From contig JAVZJD010000001.1 in NCBI GenBank assembly GCA_038870975.1, positions 416,001-480,000 of the forward strand: a stretch of 64,000 nt of DNA, in the 5' to 3' direction. Source of the stretch: Candidatus Bathyarchaeia archaeon (GTDB lineage: Archaea; Thermoproteota; CALKCG01; B24). The notes under the pieces were generated by a model. That model saw only the letters and a program-made list of their open reading frames with translations, had not been told where the DNA came from and made no database searches. Positions 59,760 through 64,000 of this stretch are shown piece after piece. Position numbers and translations under genes: made by a program. Numbering within the stretch: position 1 is the first letter of the stretch; every line of letters begins with the position of its first letter.

Positions 59760-60320
59760 ATGAGTGAAAGAATAAGTCTTAAGGTTAAAGTTAAATCGAT
59801 AATGTCAAGCCCAGCCATAATAGCTAAAGCAGACGATAAAGTGTCAGATATCGCCAAGATCATGGATTTCCACGATATAGGAAGCGTTATTATCACAGAT
59901 GCAGAGGGTAAACCCATAGGTATAATAACAGATATGGATATAATTAAACGCGTAATAGCTAAAAACCTAAACCCGTATGAGGTTAAAGCTAAAGACGTAA
60001 TGAGCCAACCGTTGATAACAGTAGACCCAGATACAGATATTACCGACGCTGCGAAGCTAATGAGCTACTACCACGTCAAGAGGCTTGGAGTCATGTATAA
60101 GGGTAAGCTTGTAGGAGTCATATCATCGAAAGATATAACGGCAATTATGCCAGAACTCATAGAGATAATATATGAGAAGGCTCGTATTGAAGGGCTCATA
60201 GTAACACCTGGATCTGAAGAAGTAGCTGTTGGATACTGTGAAATTTGCGGTCAGTGGAGCGACTTATTAACATTCAAAAATGGAAAGTTCTTATGTAAAG
60301 ATTGCGTAGAAGAAAGCTGA
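59760..60320 (+). CDS. Tandem CBS-domain protein with C-terminal zinc ribbon
   Basis: Two CBS repeats and CEICG...CKDC. Likely start ATG 59760 after GGAGG. Confidence 0.9.
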   Translation: MSERISLKVKVKSIMSSPAIIAKADDKVSDIAKIMDFHDIGSVIITDAEGKPIGIITDMDIIKRVIAKNLNPYEVKAKDVMSQPLITVDPDTDITDAAKLMSYYHVKRLGVMYKGKLVGVISSKDITAIMPELIEIIYEKARIEGLIVTPGSEEVAVGYCEICGQWSDLLTFKNGKFLCKDCVEES

Positions 60321-60371
60321 GAAGTTTAAACCCATTTTACCGTGTGAATAGATCTCAAATGGAAGTTTAAT

Positions 60372-61532
60372 CTACTGTTGGAGAACCCTACCGTAGTACA
60401 TCAAGTCCCATAGTCGTTTTGGAAGTACGTACTTGGTTTTTAAATGTTGCGGATTCAATTCCAACGGGTCTAGGCCGTAGACCTTGGCAAACTCCTCATG
60501 AACAGTTTTCTCGTAGGTCGTAATTCCCTTCAGAGGAAGATCAACTCTAACGCCATTCAGCATCTCAGATTCTCTAATAGCCATTAAAACTTCTAAATCC
60601 CTTTTCGCGTTTTCAAACCCATAGTTGAGTGGTTTACCGTAAACTATGGCATTGTAGAGACTTATCCACGCATCAGCGATAGCGACTTCATCGTAATCGG
60701 TCAGCGGATATATACTTAGAGGCGTCTGGAGAAATAACTCAGGTTTGGTGGAGACTTTCGCCCCCACCACTCTTAAACAACCGTCAACTACAGAGGTCTC
60801 AATGGAGATTTTGAAAGTTTGACCGTTTCTAAAACACAATTCACTACCTTTTAAAGAAGCTTCTGTCCCATTTATCTCCCAGTAGTTACCCCGGTTACGG
60901 TTAAACTCATAGACCCCAGTTATACCGTTGAGAAGATTTATCTCAGCTTTTTCAAGAATAGAGTCTAAAGGTGGGAAGACCCCTACGACACTTTTTACTT
61001 CAGATTTAAGTATACTTCTTATCGCTGCAATACCGTGGTATGAACCAGATACATATGATAGATAGAAACTTTTAACTTCGCCTAAAAATCCATCCGCCAC
61101 AATCTTCTGCTTTAGACGCTCCTGAGGCCATCTGGGGACGTTCTCTGAAACCTCCAGGAGAATGCTATTCTCCCTTGCCGCCTTAATCATGTAGTCTGCA
61201 CATGCGGCAGTTATAGCAATCGGCGTTTCGGTGAGAATATGTATTCTCTTTTGAGCTAAAACATTCGCTACGACATGATGCCCTTCAGCTTGAACAGCTA
61301 TTAAACAAGCATCAAGCTTTTCCTCGCTAAGCATCTTCTCCAAATCGTCGTAAGCTTTAACCCCCACATTATCAGAAACGCTTTTCGCACGGAGCACGTC
61401 GACATCGCATACTGCGACTAGTCGATATTTATCTCTAAGCTTTAAGAGCACACTGATATGGCTTCTAGCCCTACTTCCAGCACCAACAATTCCCACATTC
61501 AATAGCCTCAAGGTAGACCTTAAGGATTTCAT
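60372..61532 (-). CDS. Gfo/Idh/MocA family oxidoreductase
   Basis: GIVGAGSR, VAVCD, ETP in place of EKP. Confidence 0.88.
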   Translation of the reverse strand: MKSLRSTLRLLNVGIVGAGSRARSHISVLLKLRDKYRLVAVCDVDVLRAKSVSDNVGVKAYDDLEKMLSEEKLDACLIAVQAEGHHVVANVLAQKRIHILTETPIAITAACADYMIKAARENSILLEVSENVPRWPQERLKQKIVADGFLGEVKSFYLSYVSGSYHGIAAIRSILKSEVKSVVGVFPPLDSILEKAEINLLNGITGVYEFNRNRGNYWEINGTEASLKGSELCFRNGQTFKISIETSVVDGCLRVVGAKVSTKPELFLQTPLSIYPLTDYDEVAIADAWISLYNAIVYGKPLNYGFENAKRDLEVLMAIRESEMLNGVRVDLPLKGITTYEKTVHEEFAKVYGLDPLELNPQHLKTKYVLPKRLWDLMYYGRVLQQ

Positions 61533-61609
61533 CCTTCCTTAGATAAATGGTTTTCGAGCGGCTCCTAACATTAGACCGTATTATAATTTAAACTAGAGAA
61601 CGTAACCGC

Positions 61610-61936
61610 TTAAGCAAGTTATCTACAGCTAAGAATCCTGAATTATGCATCGAGATATCTCCATCGGGTCTTCCACCGCTATCGTTGGAAGAGCTTAAGT
61701 CTATAAGCCCTGGTTACGAGTACGTCCTGAAGATAAACAATTGGCTTGTAAGAGTTGAAAAAGACGCCTACATTGGCTCAGAAGAGCTTAGAAGAAAATA
61801 TGGGAAGGACCGTGCACCTTTAGCAGAAGCTTGGATTGAGGGTTTTAACTACTTAATAGGTTCTCCCATATTAACTGCTGAAGAACTACTACAACTCATC
61901 CAAAACATGGAGTCAATAACGCAACCTCCGCCTTAG
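61610..61936 (+). pseudogene. 5'-truncated gene fragment, copy 2 of the dispersed pair (homologous to 15860-16180)
   Basis: Open frame LSKLSTAKNPELCIEISPSGLPPLSLEELK...EAWIEGFNY...QPPP. Similarity to copy 1 extends upstream of the TTG at 61685. Confidence 0.7.
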
Positions 61937-62131
61937 GAACTCAATGCAGGGTTTCAGACAATCCAAACAAAGTTTGAAAATCCATAGAAAAACTATGGAA
62001 ATTGAATGGAAGTCCGGACATAATCTGAGGTGGATTCAGATATTTAATTAAGACGATGGATGTGACAGAGAATTTAGGAATTTACACATATTTTTAAAGT
62101 GGGATCCGAGGATAATTTGTTAATTAACAAA

Positions 62132-63469
62132 TTATCCTCCAACTGTTTTGTATAATTTGCTAATCATTTTCAAAGCCGTTTCAACCATTATATCACCCGC
62201 ATCAGGAGCTAAGATATTTGGCCCTATGGTTGTTTCATAGCTTCCAGAAGTCGTTAAATTGCCTTCTTCTCTAAACGCTTTAATAGTTGGTATGTATCCT
62301 ACGTTATCATTGGCGAGTTCACATATAAATGTATATTTGAAAGGTGACTCTTTCTTTATCTTCAAACCGTGTTCTACGAATATCTCACCTGGAAGCCCAA
62401 CTATAACTGCTAGATCTCCTATCGCCAATGCTTGAACCCATGTTTTAACATGTTTAGGAGCGTTTAAAAATTCCTCTAACTTAGGGTAGAAAAAGTACTT
62501 TAGAGCGTAGTGTCTCATATTGACGGCTTTAACTTCTCCCTTTACTAGTTTCGACGCGAACTCTATTTCCTCATCTGTGGGGAATCGTCTTGAGATTGTG
62601 ACTTCCTCAATGGATGCTGCCAGCTTTAAATCATTTTCAAAACGCATTTGATTCCAAGCCCATATCACCCTGCTGGCTAAAAGTGATGCTATACGCTCAG
62701 CATGCCCGAAAAACTTATTTACCTCTTTATGAGGCTTCATAGCGTCGAACATTATAACGTCCCCACATGCACCGTTGGCGAGCATAGCTACAAACTCTTC
62801 ACCTCTAATACGCTGGATGAGGCTTGAGAATACGCCGAAATAGTCTGCTGAAATCGTATACATGTCCTCCCTTTTCTCGGTAGGGCTTAAACCAGCATAG
62901 TGCATAGCATAATTCGTCAACAATCCTATGGTATTACCATTTGGTTTTCTAACGCATAAAACATTAACTTCAGGATCTATCGGTCCGGCTGGTTTAACTA
63001 TATTCGGGTTTAAAATGCCTGGGTTTGTCCATACAGTCCCGTCTTTCATGTAGAAGCGCCTATTCCCCAGTGGTTTAGCCTCTTCCTCTCTCTCAACACC
63101 TAGCTCAGCATCTGTAAGCCTATTTACTGCTAGCTGTATGGCATCAGCAATCCTACGGATTAGATAACTTCCATAACCCATATCCTCTACATCAGGACCC
63201 GTATGAGTATGCGTGCAACAGATTAAAACGTTTGAAGGAGGTATATCAGTACACTCGCAGACCATACGCTTCGCCTCATCCAGATATTTACGTTCGACAC
63301 CAATCAAATCGCAGACTACAACAGCAAGCCTAGTTTCACCATCGTCTAAAACGAGAGCTTTCGCGAATAATGGATCGTGAATGTCTCTTGCAATCCTCTC
63401 TTCGAAATAGCCGGACATCTTAATACCCAAAGGAGGAGCAACGTCTACAACGGCAGCTCCAGCCTTCAA
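62132..63469 (-). CDS. Neutral/alkaline ceramidase-like amidohydrolase
   Basis: HDPLFAKALVL, THTHTGP, GPIDP, NYAMH, SADY, NGACGD, PGEIF, GYIPT. Confidence 0.8.
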   Translation of the reverse strand: MKAGAAVVDVAPPLGIKMSGYFEERIARDIHDPLFAKALVLDDGETRLAVVVCDLIGVERKYLDEAKRMVCECTDIPPSNVLICCTHTHTGPDVEDMGYGSYLIRRIADAIQLAVNRLTDAELGVEREEEAKPLGNRRFYMKDGTVWTNPGILNPNIVKPAGPIDPEVNVLCVRKPNGNTIGLLTNYAMHYAGLSPTEKREDMYTISADYFGVFSSLIQRIRGEEFVAMLANGACGDVIMFDAMKPHKEVNKFFGHAERIASLLASRVIWAWNQMRFENDLKLAASIEEVTISRRFPTDEEIEFASKLVKGEVKAVNMRHYALKYFFYPKLEEFLNAPKHVKTWVQALAIGDLAVIVGLPGEIFVEHGLKIKKESPFKYTFICELANDNVGYIPTIKAFREEGNLTTSGSYETTIGPNILAPDAGDIMVETALKMISKLYKTVGG

Positions 63470-63471
63470 AA

Positions 63472-63999
63472 TTAACCACCAACTTTTTCTATCAATGATA
63501 TCTTAACTTTAGCTTTTTGAGAAGAATCTGATGAAAGTTTACAATTGAAGCTTATCCGATTAATTCCTTTCCGTATAATTGGTATTTCACCTTCTACTTC
63601 TACGTCCTTCAAAACGAAACCATTAGCAGAATACAGTTTACAAGTATTCATTTCAGGTTTGAATATTAAGTATTGATCTGGTTGTAGTTCTACATTGAAA
63701 GTCGTAGTTTTTCCGTTTATTGTTACGCTTGGATTTCTTAAAGGTAGCAATTTTTCCTTTAGCGCCTTTATATCGCTTATGTACAGTGTGACGGTATCTT
63801 TGGGTGGTAGTTTCATCAATCTTATATTTATTGCTCCAACTTTTGAATAGTCAAATATATGTGCTGCTAGACTATAGTAATCTTCTGTGTATTTGAAGAA
63901 ATCGAAGATACGCTCTCCTTCGGGTTCAGGTATCTCAAGATACCTCCATCCTTTGAAATTTATAACAATATAATGGTCGCATACAGGGTCTATTGAAAA
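63472..63999 (-). CDS. C-terminal part of a larger protein (beta-rich, carbohydrate-binding-like), 5' end outside window
   Basis: The frame is open from 63819 to the window edge (FSIDPVCDHYIVINFKGWRYLEIPEPEG...). Confidence 0.65.
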   Translation of the reverse strand, partial: FSIDPVCDHYIVINFKGWRYLEIPEPEGERIFDFFKYTEDYYSLAAHIFDYSKVGAINIRLMKLPPKDTVTLYISDIKALKEKLLPLRNPSVTINGKTTTFNVELQPDQYLIFKPEMNTCKLYSANGFVLKDVEVEGEIPIIRKGINRISFNCKLSSDSSQKAKVKISLIEKVGG

Positions 64000-64000
64000 A

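Noticed and set aside
713-59917. Many 60-170 aa antisense or overlapping ORFs in the track (e.g. 713-1033, 3162-3590, 17159-17614, 20827-21207, 42698-43213, 55537-55914)
   Set aside because: They are Ser/Leu-rich shadows opposite well-supported genes and have no recognisable motifs.
1-64000. tRNA, rRNA, CRISPR arrays, IS transposases
   Set aside because: I saw no GC-rich structured RNA, regularly spaced repeats or transposase motifs by eye. A covariance-model scan would be needed to exclude small RNAs.

Overview
Gene-dense archaeal chromosomal segment. The rps27e-aIF2alpha-nop10-PAC2 operon, NAC, RadA, archaeal DNA ligase, XPD, Tes, an arcadin-1-like gene and a ThermoDBP-like gene point to a TACK archaeon; Bathyarchaeia-like is my inference. 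About 1-26 kb and the last 4 kb are rich in catabolic genes (sulfatase-like, peptidases, GH4, GH99, aldolases, esterases, sugar kinase, amidohydrolases, a large membrane transporter). About 28-60 kb is mostly housekeeping. I found no rRNA, tRNA, CRISPR array or intact transposase. Main points: (1) a wHTH + ATP-cone + full class III ribonucleotide reductase fold that has lost both active-site cysteines and the glycyl-radical glycine, lying between pyrH and a pyrI that has no pyrB beside it, so a candidate nucleotide-sensing transcription factor built from a dead enzyme; (2) an ac4C writer (TmcA/NAT10) overlapping an ASCH gene with YqfB-type ac4C-hydrolase residues; (3) a 537-aa LAGLIDADG intein inserted just before the radical-SAM CX3CX2C motif of tetraether synthase; (4) arcadin-1-like and EMC6-like genes without their usual partners; (5) several pseudogene relics missed by the ORF track, including two homologous copies about 46 kb apart. 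All family assignments come from motif recognition by eye; no searches were run.
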